IMG/VR virus record: IMGVR_UViG_3300046674_000204
Span: 764 to 64,763 of that record
DNA: 64,000 nucleotides
Strand: one strand, 5' to 3'
DNA from: a virus
Lineage: Duplodnaviria; Caudoviricetes
The notes below the pieces were generated by a model. The model worked only from the letters and a program-made list of their open reading frames with translations, did no database searches and was not told where the DNA came from. Within the stretch, counting starts at the first letter, position 1. Every line of letters begins with the position of its first letter. This document shows, in pieces, positions 45,242-55,029 of this stretch. Both the position numbers and the translations under genes were made by a program.

Positions 45242-45906
45242 TGGCGACCACCGAAGACATCAAACTCTTGTTCTCCGAGTTCCCCCGAGACGCGATTAGC
45301 TGGCGTGCGCAGTCCGTAACCAAGAATGGCGATAAGGCACTTGCACTCGCCTATATCGACGCCCGCGACGTTATGGACCGCCTGGATAGCATCATCGGTT
45401 CGGATGGTTGGCAGGACCGCTATGAGTTCAGCGGGCCAAGGACGATCTGCTACCTGTCGATTAAGGTTGACGGTGAATGGATCACCAAAGCGGACGGTGC
45501 GGGCGATACAGACGTCGAGGCCGAAAAGGGTGCCATCTCAGACGCTTTCAAGCGCGCAGCGGTAAAGTGGGGCATAGGTCGATACCTTTATGCCATGCCG
45601 ACCCCATGGGTTCCTTGTGAAAGCTATGAATCTGGCGGAAAAAATCGCTGGAAGAGCTGGACCGATGATCCGTGGAACCATGTGCGCATGCCGAACGCGC
45701 CCAAGCCTTCCGCCGCTGCCCAAAAGAGAGACCTTGAGGAGATCGAAAAAGATCTGATCGATTGCGGATCTCTGGCGGCTGTAGATCGCTGTGCTTCCCA
45801 ATGGAAAGACAAAGCCATCAAGGACGGTTGGTCGTCTGAATATAAGCAAGCCGCCGCTTCTAAGTTTGCGGCTCGGCGCACCTACCTTGAAAAGGAAGCA
45901 GCATGA
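45241..45906 (+). CDS. Rad52/Sak-family single-strand annealing protein
   Basis: LAYIDARDVMDRLD...GW...EKGAISDAFKRAAVKWGIGRYLY. Confidence 0.9.
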   Translation: MATTEDIKLLFSEFPRDAISWRAQSVTKNGDKALALAYIDARDVMDRLDSIIGSDGWQDRYEFSGPRTICYLSIKVDGEWITKADGAGDTDVEAEKGAISDAFKRAAVKWGIGRYLYAMPTPWVPCESYESGGKNRWKSWTDDPWNHVRMPNAPKPSAAAQKRDLEEIEKDLIDCGSLAAVDRCASQWKDKAIKDGWSSEYKQAAASKFAARRTYLEKEAA

Positions 45907-46187
45907 CCACGAGATACGATGCAGTAGCCGTGCGCCGCTATAAGGACCGCGACGGAAACGAAAAGAGCCAATTCACTACGATTGGCACGGCATGGCCCAT
46001 GAAGGATAAGGATGGCTTTACAGTTCGACTGAACGCCGTTCCGGCCCCTGCAGACGGCGAGTTCGTTATCCTTCTGATGCCACCTCGCCCAAAGGACGAC
46101 AATCGTTCCAGCAGTCAATCTCGTGGCGAAGCATCAGGCAGGAATGCCAACTTCTCTCGCGATCTTGACGACGATATCCCATTTTAG
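45903..46187 (+). CDS. Small single-stranded DNA-binding protein
   Basis: IGTAW core and acidic DLDDDIPF tail; follows the annealase. Confidence 0.75.
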   Translation: MTTRYDAVAVRRYKDRDGNEKSQFTTIGTAWPMKDKDGFTVRLNAVPAPADGEFVILLMPPRPKDDNRSSSQSRGEASGRNANFSRDLDDDIPF

Positions 46188-46201
46188 CAGAGGGCATCCT
46201 G

Positions 46202-46702
46202 ATGAAGGAAGTATGGAAAACTGTGCCAAGTGCACCGCATTTTTTAGTCTCTGACGAGGGTCGGATAATGGTTTCGCCACACTACAAGGAAATGCCCTAC
46301 GGTGGGATGAGACGATATGGCGGGCACCCTTATTTGGGAGTCTGGAACAAAGCTGATGGCCGATTCATAATTGTCCATAAAGGGCGGACATATAAGGTTG
46401 CTCCTCTGGTGTGCGAAGCTTTCAACGGGGGTAAAGTAGACCCAACCCACGTGTGCATGCACATTGACGAAGATGCCCGCAACAATAGGCCTGCGAACCT
46501 CGCTTGGGGTACTCAAAAAGAGAACTTGAACGCACCGAAATACATAGCGCGGCTTAAGAATCGACCTGATTCAGCAATTTGCAAATGCTGTAAAGAGACA
46601 TTTTCTCCACGGTACTCTAAGCAGATGTTTTGCTCGTGCCATTGTTCGGGTCATTTCAACAATAAAACAAGAGCTGGGCTTTCAGCCGAGTGGAGGCGCT
46701 GA
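46202..46702 (+). CDS. NUMOD4-HNH endonuclease
   Basis: EVWKTV...VSDEGRI; VCEAF...CMHIDEDARNNRPANLAWGTQKEN. Confidence 0.85.
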   Translation: MKEVWKTVPSAPHFLVSDEGRIMVSPHYKEMPYGGMRRYGGHPYLGVWNKADGRFIIVHKGRTYKVAPLVCEAFNGGKVDPTHVCMHIDEDARNNRPANLAWGTQKENLNAPKYIARLKNRPDSAICKCCKETFSPRYSKQMFCSCHCSGHFNNKTRAGLSAEWRR

Positions 46703-47535
46703 TGGGCACGGTCAACCGGACAATCGAGAATGACCAACAAAAGGCGATGGTTATTCGCCTTATCGAAAACAGGGAATTCCCATTCACGTTGTCGTTGACA
46801 GATGGGAAGCACCGTAGCACGGCACAGAACCGCCTCCAGATGCTTTGGATGAAGGAGATTGCCGAGCAGCGCGGGGATATGACCCCGGCTGAGGTGCGAG
46901 CCTATTGCAAGCTCACCATTGGCGTTCCGATCCTTCGCGATGACAATGAAGCGTTCCGCATCCGGTATGACGAAATCCTCAAGCCGATGCCCTATGAGCA
47001 CAAGATGAAGATCATGGGAGAGCCTATTGATCTGCCCGTCACGCGTCTTATGACAACGGCGCAGAAGACAAAATATCTTGACGGTATCATCCGTCATTTC
47101 TCTGAGCAGGGTATCATCCTCACCCTGCCAGACGATCACATTCAAGAATCCGGCTCCTCCGCCCCCCTGGAGCCGGTACCAGCGGATGACCGCCCCCCTT
47201 CGGTCTCCGCAGCACCAGACGACGCCGCCCCCTCTCCGTCGTCTGGTGCTCCCTCTTCTGTCGATCTGGAATGGCTCAGGAACGTGGTCCGCATGCTGTG
47301 GGCCGCTACCAACTACCGAGGCGATATCGGCGTCCTGAAGGCCCAGAAAGTCGCGGCGCTGGCATCCTATCCAAAGCCGGATGGATGTTCCGAGATCGTC
47401 ACCCGCAAGGCCGAGGCAGCCTATGGCTATTGCCGTCAGATCGTCTTGGGAGAACTCGAAAAGTCCGATGGGCTCGCCATGGTGGCCGGTGTTGTGGGCT
47501 GTGATCAACATGAGATCGGATGCGGCAATGGCTGA
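46702..47535 (+). CDS. NinB-like recombination protein with C-terminal extension
   Basis: RSTAQNRL..LWMKEIA...CKLTIGVPIL...VTRLMT...YLD; Pro/Ser linker. Confidence 0.6.
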   Translation: MGTVNRTIENDQQKAMVIRLIENREFPFTLSLTDGKHRSTAQNRLQMLWMKEIAEQRGDMTPAEVRAYCKLTIGVPILRDDNEAFRIRYDEILKPMPYEHKMKIMGEPIDLPVTRLMTTAQKTKYLDGIIRHFSEQGIILTLPDDHIQESGSSAPLEPVPADDRPPSVSAAPDDAAPSPSSGAPSSVDLEWLRNVVRMLWAATNYRGDIGVLKAQKVAALASYPKPDGCSEIVTRKAEAAYGYCRQIVLGELEKSDGLAMVAGVVGCDQHEIGCGNG

Positions 47536-47725
47536 ATATCGGACCGCCATCCAGATCGCCGCCGACAAGCTGGACTTGGACGTTTTCAATCTCGTCTCCG
47601 CTTTGGATCGCTTCGCCAATCAGCATCGGCTCGAAGATGTTCGTGAGATGTCATCCATCATCGACGGCATGCGCCACAGGGTTCGCCGGCATATGCATCG
47701 CAAGGATGCGGAGGTGTCATCATGA
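47528..47725 (+). CDS. Hypothetical protein
   Basis: Short ORF overlapping both neighbours. Confidence 0.5.
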   Translation: MAEYRTAIQIAADKLDLDVFNLVSALDRFANQHRLEDVREMSSIIDGMRHRVRRHMHRKDAEVSS

Positions 47726-48324
47726 CGCAAGCCTATCCTCTCCAATGGCCGATGAGCCGGCCGCGCACGAAGTCACCGACCAGAGCGGCATTCGGAAAGA
47801 CTGTGAGAACAAGCAGGGAATCTCTGACGGTTGCCGACGCACTCGGACGGCTGCAAGGCGAGATCGATCGGCTTGGTGCCAGGAACTATGTCATATCCTC
47901 GAACGTCCAGCTTCGGCTTGATGGCCTCCCGCGCTCTGGCCAGCCCGAACCGACCGACCGAGGCGTTGCCCTGTACTTCACGCTCTCCGGCAAGCCTCAT
48001 TGCCTGCCTTGCGATCGATACGACCGGGTTGCTGACAACATTGCGGCTATTGCCAAGCATATCGAGGCTACGCGCGCGATAGAGCGCTACGGCGTTGCAT
48101 CCATCGCCGAGATGTTCACCGGCTTTACAGCTCTGCCATCAAACGAAGCTCAGCACTGGTCTGAAGTACTCGGCGTATCCAGAACCGCGACCGCCGATGA
48201 AATCAACACAGCATGGCGGCACAGGGCCAAGCAGGCGCATTCCGATACCGGCGGCAGTGATGCAGCCATGTCGAGGCTGAACGTCGCTCGTGACGCTGCC
48301 TTGAAGGAAAGGAGCGAGTCATGA
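47722..48324 (+). CDS. J-domain protein (HSD variant)
   Basis: AYPLQWP N-terminus; WSEVLGV...A...EINTAWR..AKQAHSDTGGS. Confidence 0.8.
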   Translation: MTQAYPLQWPMSRPRTKSPTRAAFGKTVRTSRESLTVADALGRLQGEIDRLGARNYVISSNVQLRLDGLPRSGQPEPTDRGVALYFTLSGKPHCLPCDRYDRVADNIAAIAKHIEATRAIERYGVASIAEMFTGFTALPSNEAQHWSEVLGVSRTATADEINTAWRHRAKQAHSDTGGSDAAMSRLNVARDAALKERSES

Positions 48325-48548
48325 AGCGACCAACCCCCGCAACGCTGCAAGCGCAGTGCGACGCCTTCAACTCCCGCTATCCGGTCGGCCAAAAGGTATC
48401 GTTCCGCAAAGATGACGGCGCCGGATCGATCACCGTCACACGGTCGAAAGCTGAAGTCCTATCCGGTCACTCTGCCGTCATTTGGTTGGAAGGGATTTCC
48501 GGCTGCTATCTGCTCGACCGGGTAACGCCCATCAAGGAGGCAGCATGA
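48321..48548 (+). CDS. Hypothetical phage protein
   Basis: FNSRYPVG...TRSKAEVLSGHSAVIWL. Confidence 0.65.
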   Translation: MKRPTPATLQAQCDAFNSRYPVGQKVSFRKDDGAGSITVTRSKAEVLSGHSAVIWLEGISGCYLLDRVTPIKEAA

Positions 48549-49027
48549 CTTATCGAACCTGCACAGGCTGCATTTTCGGAGCCGGCTATTGCCACGCTCG
48601 CGAAGCTGTAAAGGCTCAAGTAGCCGGCCTCGGCGTCACTTCGCTGAAATGGAAGTGCAAGTGGAAGCGCTTGGCCTTCAATCCCGGCGATGCGGTTTTC
48701 GTCGAGACGATCGGCTATCAGCCTGAAGGCGATGAAGATGCCTATATCAGCAAATGGCCAGCAACGGTCATCCAAGCCAAGGGCTCGAAGCTGATTTGCT
48801 TCATCGAGCCGGGGGCTCTTGATGATGGCGAAGTTCCATTCGAGCCTAAAGCTCACGGCAATGGCCATGTCAAAGTTCCGTTGTCCCGCGTATCGCCTCG
48901 GGATGCCGTCCGTGAACACGTCTGCGATTTTTGCAAGCGCATCGCTCGGCTTGCCGGGCATGAGGACTATTGCCGGCATGCGCCACAGGAACCGCGCCGG
49001 GCTCATCAACAGGAGTATTACTTCTGA
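48545..49027 (+). CDS. Cys-rich hypothetical protein
   Basis: CTGC...C, CDFC...H...C; AAGGAGG RBS. Confidence 0.6.
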   Translation: MTYRTCTGCIFGAGYCHAREAVKAQVAGLGVTSLKWKCKWKRLAFNPGDAVFVETIGYQPEGDEDAYISKWPATVIQAKGSKLICFIEPGALDDGEVPFEPKAHGNGHVKVPLSRVSPRDAVREHVCDFCKRIARLAGHEDYCRHAPQEPRRAHQQEYYF

Positions 49028-49401
49028 TGGCGAACCGTCTCGAGTTCAATCGCAAGACCAGAGCCGCGATCATCGCCCGCGCCGCCGGCCGCTGTGAAAA
49101 GTGCAGCGCCACTCTCAAGCCCGGCGAAGGCGAGGTTGACCATATCCTGCCATGCGCTCTCGGCGGCGAACCGACGGTTGCCAATGGTCGGCTCATCTGC
49201 CGCGTCTGCCATTCTGAAAAGACGGCTAACGATATCCGCCAGATCCGCAAGTCTGATCGGCAGCGCGATAAAGCGTCCGGCGCGGTGCGCGCAACTGGCA
49301 AGATCAAGAGCCAGGGCTTTCCGAAGACCGAGAAGGACGCACCCGCCGCTTCCAAGCAATCCCTCCCATATCGCCCGCTCTACCGCGAGGAACAGCCATG
49401 A
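49027..49401 (+). CDS. HNH endonuclease (short, Zn-finger type)
   Basis: GRCEKC...EVDHILP..LGG.....N...ICRVCH..KT. Confidence 0.85.
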   Translation: MANRLEFNRKTRAAIIARAAGRCEKCSATLKPGEGEVDHILPCALGGEPTVANGRLICRVCHSEKTANDIRQIRKSDRQRDKASGAVRATGKIKSQGFPKTEKDAPAASKQSLPYRPLYREEQP

Positions 49402-49805
49402 ACGCCTCCAACGACATCCAACTGTCCGCCGACTCCCGCATAGCCGAGCTTGAGCAGCAAATAGCGAATATAAAGGCACGCCGTGATCTGCAGCTTACTG
49501 CAACAGCGCAGAAACCTGCCTTCATGATGTGCGATACGTGCGGAACTTTGGTCGACGACCAAAAAGAGTGTGATTGCACAAATCTGGGAACAGATACCCA
49601 AGACATCGTAGGCCTTTATCGCGGTCCGGTAGACAGAGATGGGCTGCTGGAAGAAATGCGGAGAGTGATCGAACCGTTTGCCAGAGGATCGATCGATATC
49701 AGCGGCACTGCGGTCATCGTCGGCTATCCCGAGACGCGGGCCGCGCTCGATACCGCACGCGCCTTTCTCTCCAAACTGGAGGGCTCTTCCAATGCAAAAG
49801 CTTGA
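49398..49805 (+). CDS. Hypothetical protein
   Basis: ATGA-coupled; CDTC...CDC. Confidence 0.55.
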   Translation: MNASNDIQLSADSRIAELEQQIANIKARRDLQLTATAQKPAFMMCDTCGTLVDDQKECDCTNLGTDTQDIVGLYRGPVDRDGLLEEMRRVIEPFARGSIDISGTAVIVGYPETRAALDTARAFLSKLEGSSNAKA

Positions 49806-50184
49806 AGAGCTGATTGCCGCGCTGGAGAGCGCGAAGGGGCCGAGCCGGGAGTTGGATTTCTGGTTGTCCGTCCGCGTTTGGGAGATTTCGGAAGAGACCG
49901 ACGCGGCTTTGGAAGCTGAGGCTGACGAGATCGCCATCGGCGGCAGGTGCACCGCGAAGCCATTCACCTCATCCATCGACGCCGCCGTTGCTCTGGTAGG
50001 GCGCGTGCTTCCGGATGCCAACTGCTGGGGCATCGACAAGGACGAACGCGGCATTGAAGCCCACGTCCAGCGCAACGGCGTTGCAACGGGTCATTGGGCG
50101 AAATTTGCTGAGCATGCGACCTCGCCGGCCATAGCCCTCGTCCTCGTCACCGTCCTCGCCCTCTCTACCAAGGAGCAACCATGA
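49792..50184 (+). CDS. Phage protein (ABA-sandwich-like)
   Basis: GPSRELD...FTSSIDAAVALV...SPAIAL. Confidence 0.6.
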   Translation: MQKLEELIAALESAKGPSRELDFWLSVRVWEISEETDAALEAEADEIAIGGRCTAKPFTSSIDAAVALVGRVLPDANCWGIDKDERGIEAHVQRNGVATGHWAKFAEHATSPAIALVLVTVLALSTKEQP

Positions 50185-51197
50185 CCACGATACCGAAGGA
50201 AGCCGCAGAGGCTGCACGCTTGGTTGTAATGCTGCAATACGGCGAAGTTCATTGCGGCCCGATCGCAACAAAGACGCTGCATGAATTTGCTGATGCGGCT
50301 CTCTCCGCCGCCCTGCCTCATCTCGTCAAGCCCGTAGATGCTGAACGGCATGAGAGGGCAATCGAGGTGGTAGCCGCTAAGCTGCGCAGCCCTTCCACGT
50401 TCCCCGGCGAGACCGCCACCAAAGTCGCCGTCGAACTGATCGACGCCTACCACTACGCCCTTGGAGCCGGGACGGTAGTGCAGGCGGCGGTGGCATATCG
50501 TTGGCGGTGGAAAGACCACTTCAACGATTATTGGGTCACGTCGAACAAGCTTCCAGCATTTGATCCGTCAAAGATCATCGAACCCCTATACGCCGCCCCA
50601 CCCCCACCCGCAGCGGTGCAAGAGCCGGTGGCCGTGAAGGCGTTGGACACGATTGCCGCGAGCCTTCAGCGCCACATCGAACGAGCCGAGGATGAGTTTG
50701 GCGAGTGCTCGTACCTGAATTGGATCAAGCGGGATTTGTCGGATATCCGCGCCCTATCCACCTTCCAAAGCGACCCCGCACCCGAGATAGCTGCGCTACC
50801 GCAGGACGTGATTAATCTCGTCATCGCAGCGCGCGAGGCTTTCGACACTGGCTGGTTGGAAGATCCGGAAAGCAGCGCCCTGGACAAGGCCCTTGAGGTG
50901 TTTTCATCACGCGTTCCATATGAGAATGAGCCTGACGATGTCGCTTCAACGGCGCCCGAGATAGAACCCGAAGAAATACAGCATGAGAACAATCTCATGA
51001 ATGAAAATGACGCGCTTAGGGCTGAGAACGAGCGGTTGCGGAAGATTAAGGATGCGGCAAACGTTTACGTCGCATCGGTCAATGGTGGCCCAGGCCCGTT
51101 AGCATCCGATGCGGTGTGGAAGGCCTACGACAACGCAAAGCAAGCGGCCTTCGATGTTCTGGCCGTCGTCGTCGCCCCTGAGCAAGGGGAGGTGTGA
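50181..51197 (+). CDS. Mosaic hypothetical phage protein
   Basis: 338 aa made of short modules (PVAYRW...EPLYAAP, LRAENERLR). Confidence 0.65.
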   Translation: MTTIPKEAAEAARLVVMLQYGEVHCGPIATKTLHEFADAALSAALPHLVKPVDAERHERAIEVVAAKLRSPSTFPGETATKVAVELIDAYHYALGAGTVVQAAVAYRWRWKDHFNDYWVTSNKLPAFDPSKIIEPLYAAPPPPAAVQEPVAVKALDTIAASLQRHIERAEDEFGECSYLNWIKRDLSDIRALSTFQSDPAPEIAALPQDVINLVIAAREAFDTGWLEDPESSALDKALEVFSSRVPYENEPDDVASTAPEIEPEEIQHENNLMNENDALRAENERLRKIKDAANVYVASVNGGPGPLASDAVWKAYDNAKQAAFDVLAVVVAPEQGEV

Positions 51198-51342
51198 GAA
51201 TGAGCGGAATCCTCTACGGTTTGATAGCCGCCGGCTACTGCAACGAAACCGGAAGGTTTTGGGATGCGCTCATCTGGCCCGTTTTTCTCGGGAAGGCCAG
51301 CGCGCGCGCCACCCTCTCAGAGGCACAGGAGGGGCGGAAGCC

Positions 51343-51696
51343 ATGACTGACATCGTGAACCGACTGCGGGAAGTCGCCGAGATTGAGACCGGATTGCTCT
51401 ATTCGCGCCGGCAGATGCTGAAAGATGCGGCCAACGAGATAACTGCTCTCCGCTCCGAACGAGACTCCCTCAAGGCCCTATGCGACGAGATGGCGAAGGC
51501 GTTGGAAGACGAGAAGGAGCGCTGCGCCGTTTTCCTTGCCCATCGCGAAGAACTGATCGGGCTGCTGAGATCATTCCGTGGCGACGTGTTCGAGGAAGTG
51601 GCGAGCTTCGCCGAGAATTACGGAGACACCTATTCCGTTGGCCGGGGCATCGCCCAATCTATCCGAGCCCTTGCTAAGGCAAAGGAGGCGGAATGA
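51343..51696 (+). CDS. Hypothetical protein (MTDIVxRLR family)
   Basis: MTDIVNRLR...DAANEITALR. Confidence 0.6.
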   Translation: MTDIVNRLREVAEIETGLLYSRRQMLKDAANEITALRSERDSLKALCDEMAKALEDEKERCAVFLAHREELIGLLRSFRGDVFEEVASFAENYGDTYSVGRGIAQSIRALAKAKEAE

Positions 51697-51869
51697 CAGC
51701 CTCAGCCCTCGTCAAGCAATCCGATCTGAAACGCATGGCCCACATCGCCAAAAGCGAAGGCGTGCGCGTCGAGATCGAAGTCAATGGGAAAATCATCAGA
51801 GTTTCCCCCGATATCCCCAATATCCACAATCCAACCAAGGTTGAACTGCCGGATGACTTTGCTCTCTGA
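51693..51869 (+). CDS. Putative excisionase / small protein preceding the integrase
   Basis: 58 aa, below track cutoff: MTASALVKQSDLKRMAHIAKSEGVRVEIEVNGKIIRV...; AAGGAGG RBS; function inferred from position. Confidence 0.6.
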   Translation: MTASALVKQSDLKRMAHIAKSEGVRVEIEVNGKIIRVSPDIPNIHNPTKVELPDDFAL

Positions 51870-51876
51870 TGAGGGG

Positions 51877-52953
51877 ATGTCCAAGCCCCTGCCGAAACAC
51901 GTTACGAAGACCGTCACCCGGTATGGCAAGGTGCTGTTATATTTCCGCGTCGACAAGGGGCCGCGCGTCAGGCTACCGGAAGATCCGAACAGCCATGAAT
52001 TTGATATGGCCTACGCCGCATGCTTGGCGTCGAAGCCACGGCCACGTAGCAAGGCGCCAGCGGCCTCCAGAACAATGCGATGGCTCATCGATCGCTACAT
52101 GGAAAGCGGCGCGTGGGTGACGCTCTCTGCCGGCACGAGACGCCAACGGTCGAACATCTTCAAGCATGTTGTAGCAAAGAACGGGGAAATAGAGTTTTCC
52201 AAGATCGTTGCCAAGCACATCCGCAACCGTATGGACCATATGGCAAAGACGCCGGTTCAGGCCAACAACTACCTCAAGGCCATGAACGGGCTTTTCCAAT
52301 GGGCGGTGAAGAACGATCACGTCACAAGAAACCCATGCGAAGGCGTCGATAGACTGCCGGTGAAATCGAATGGATTCCCGGCGTGGACGATCGATGAGGC
52401 GATGGCCTTCCGGGAGATTTGGAAGGAAGGCACGATGCAGCGGCTCGCTTTCGAGCTATTGCTACATGTGGGAAGCAGGCGGGGAGATTTGACCGATCTG
52501 GGCCGGCAGCATTTGCGCGGCGATGTTCTGTCCTTCAGGACAAGCAAGACGGGATCTGTCGTTACCGTCGAATTGCCTCAATCCGTCATGGACATGATCG
52601 AGACAATGAAGACCGGCGATTTGCACTTGATCGTGACATCGCACGGTAAGCCTTTCAGTAAGGCAGGCTTTGGAAACTGGTTTGGGTCTGCGGCCCGTGA
52701 GGCCGGCGTTCAGAAGAATGCTCACGGCCTTCGGAAGCTGGCTGCTACCATAGCCGCCGATGAGGGAGCGACAGCTCACGAACTGATGGCTCAATTCGGC
52801 TGGGCGAACCCAAAACAGGCGGAAGTTTACACTAGAGGCGCGGATCGGGCGAAGCTTGGAATTAGATCATCCAAGAGGGTTGCCGAACGGGTGGCGAACG
52901 AAACTCCCCCAAACAATAACCCAGAGCCCCCAAACATGAAGCGGAAAGCCTGA
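51877..52953 (+). CDS. int: Tyrosine integrase
   Basis: GSRRGD (R), SKTG (K), HGLRK, FGW, EVY (Y). Confidence 0.92.
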   Translation: MSKPLPKHVTKTVTRYGKVLLYFRVDKGPRVRLPEDPNSHEFDMAYAACLASKPRPRSKAPAASRTMRWLIDRYMESGAWVTLSAGTRRQRSNIFKHVVAKNGEIEFSKIVAKHIRNRMDHMAKTPVQANNYLKAMNGLFQWAVKNDHVTRNPCEGVDRLPVKSNGFPAWTIDEAMAFREIWKEGTMQRLAFELLLHVGSRRGDLTDLGRQHLRGDVLSFRTSKTGSVVTVELPQSVMDMIETMKTGDLHLIVTSHGKPFSKAGFGNWFGSAAREAGVQKNAHGLRKLAATIAADEGATAHELMAQFGWANPKQAEVYTRGADRAKLGIRSSKRVAERVANETPPNNNPEPPNMKRKA

Positions 52954-53087
52954 GATACAAGGGCTTTCGAAAATGAATGGTGCCCCCGCCAGGAGTATCA
53001 TTATCAGACAATTTCAGTAGGATACGCCCCCAAACAGGAAAAATTGACCCATTGAAAAGATTGGCGTCTTAAGCGCTTCCCCCAAAC
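52906..53087. other. attP: tRNA-3'-like core (52978-52996) flanked by four CCCCCAAAC arm repeats
   Basis: Reverse complement of core = ACTCCTGGCGGGGGCACCA; repeats at 52906, 52927, 53027 and 53079. Confidence 0.75.
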
Positions 53088-53104
53088 TTCGAGAGACGGT
53101 TTTC

Positions 53105-53401
53105 CTAAGCCTTGATCTTCTTGTGCTTCAAATGCGGTGTGAAATTCCCGCCAGCATTCGTATAGACCGCCAAGACTTCGGCCGGCAGAAGCTGATGAGA
53201 TTCCATCTCGCGAAGGCTATTCAGATAATTCTCGATGATGGCGTTCTTGATGGCAGCTTCCGCAGCCTTGGCGCGACGATCCTTCTCAGCCTGCCTACGA
53301 TCAACTTCCATCTGGAACTCGGCCATACGGCGTTGAAGTTCGTTGTCGGATAGCTCCTGAAGATCTGGGCGCAGTTTGGTAACGTCGGAAATTTCGGCCA
53401 T
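53105..53401 (-). CDS. Coiled-coil hypothetical protein next to attP
   Basis: GGGAG RBS; DLQELSDNELQRRM..FQ.EVDRR. Confidence 0.65.
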   Translation of the reverse strand: MAEISDVTKLRPDLQELSDNELQRRMAEFQMEVDRRQAEKDRRAKAAEAAIKNAIIENYLNSLREMESHQLLPAEVLAVYTNAGGNFTPHLKHKKIKA

Positions 53402-53802
53402 GGCAGTCTCCCGTTGTTTTTCGGGTTCAAGCATGGCGATGAAGGCGAGTCAATCTTTCGGGGGATTTCGCGCCTATGAGCGGCGCATGGCATCTATCCC
53501 TTTATCAGCGGGGATCGGACCCGTTGGGGGATAATGCGGGCGGTTCAACGGGCTTGCCGTTGTCGCAGACGATGAACCTATATCGGTCCACGTCGGGAAG
53601 GCGGATAAGACCGCTTCCGTGACACCGCGAACAATCGCGATAATCTTTCATTTCACCCACCGGAGCGCACCGGCGAGCTGGTGGATCATTTCAACGACCC
53701 ACTGAACAGAGACCTCGCCGAGATAGCGATCGTCCTCCCATAGCTCATAGATGGGAGTTGAGCCGTTCATCTTCACTTTGACTTTGAGGGATGGGCCGAT
53801 GA

Positions 53803-55023
53803 TCATATTTCCACCTCGGAATATCCCCTGGCTCCCTTTTCCAGATGATAGGTGAAGCTCTTCACGGATCGGCCGGCGAGATAGCCATGGGCCGCATGAT
53901 AGGTGTCTTGAGCGACTGGAGCCCGATGAGAAAAGACGGTGACACCGCCGATCTCTCTGGCGGTGTCATGATGGATGTGCCCGGAATGGATGTGGCGGGT
54001 CGAAGATGCCGCCCAATCATCCTTGCGGCGGTTAGCCATGATGAGGGGCAGATCGGGGATCTTGGCCTTGTCGCCATGCGTCCCGCCGATCAGGCTGACG
54101 CCGAACCGGCGCCAATAGAATGGATCTGGGGAGGTGTCGACCTTCATCCGGTCTTGGTTGCGCCAGTACATTCGAAGAGCCTGTCGGATACCGCTCGTAC
54201 TGTTTTCATCATGGTTGCCCGGCTTGAACGTTGCCTCGATGTGGCGATGCTTTGAGGCAATAAGTTCCGATGTCTCCACCAGGAGATCGCAAACGGTCTC
54301 GAGACACTTCGAATAGCGAGTGTCCACGTCAAGGACATTCCCCGACCGTTCAGTCTGATTTCGGCTATTGTCGGCATGGAGAAGGTCGCCTAGCCCGAGA
54401 ATGATGGCGTTCGCGCTTGGCGGCGATGTTTCTACGATTTCCCGCATGGCTTCCGAGAGCACCTTGCGAGCGATCGACAGATCCCAATCGGCTCCACCGG
54501 TTTCTTTGCCGTAAGCGAATAGCCCGACATGCCAGTCACACAGGATGTATGCCGTCAGGCGGTCATCGTCATTATCTTTCGGAGGTGCGATATATGGCGC
54601 GCAGGGCGTGAAGTTCTCGAACGCCGCTCTAATGATCGTAGAAACGTCTTCGGCGGATCGTTCACCCTCCTTCGTCTTGATCCACTCGCCGATCTTGCGG
54701 CCTTCGGGATCAACAAAAGCGGATACGCCGGCAATCCGATGTCCCAATGGGATTTTGAAGACTTCGCCACGGCGAGGACGCTGCTCGACAGTTGTTCCGC
54801 GCGGCCCAACGGCCACCTTAGCAACTTCGAAGCCGTCCATGATCTTGACGCCAGAACTGCGCACCGGTTCAGCCAGTCCACGCCGAACAGCTTCTTTCAC
54901 GCGTCTGTCAAGCCAGCTCCATTGTTTATCGGCGGCCCTGGCGGCATCTGATATCGAGCCGAATTGCGCACGAAGTTGCGCCGCTTCGATGCATTCATCA
55001 TCGCTGTATGTGGGTGTGGGCAT
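53803..55023 (-). CDS. Calcineurin-like metallophosphoesterase with N-terminal HTH
   Basis: DWHVG, GDLLH, GNHD, HGD and GHIHH motifs; FGSISDAARA HTH. Confidence 0.85.
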   Translation of the reverse strand: MPTPTYSDDECIEAAQLRAQFGSISDAARAADKQWSWLDRRVKEAVRRGLAEPVRSSGVKIMDGFEVAKVAVGPRGTTVEQRPRRGEVFKIPLGHRIAGVSAFVDPEGRKIGEWIKTKEGERSAEDVSTIIRAAFENFTPCAPYIAPPKDNDDDRLTAYILCDWHVGLFAYGKETGGADWDLSIARKVLSEAMREIVETSPPSANAIILGLGDLLHADNSRNQTERSGNVLDVDTRYSKCLETVCDLLVETSELIASKHRHIEATFKPGNHDENSTSGIRQALRMYWRNQDRMKVDTSPDPFYWRRFGVSLIGGTHGDKAKIPDLPLIMANRRKDDWAASSTRHIHSGHIHHDTAREIGGVTVFSHRAPVAQDTYHAAHGYLAGRSVKSFTYHLEKGARGYSEVEI

Positions 55024-55029
55024 TGGCCG

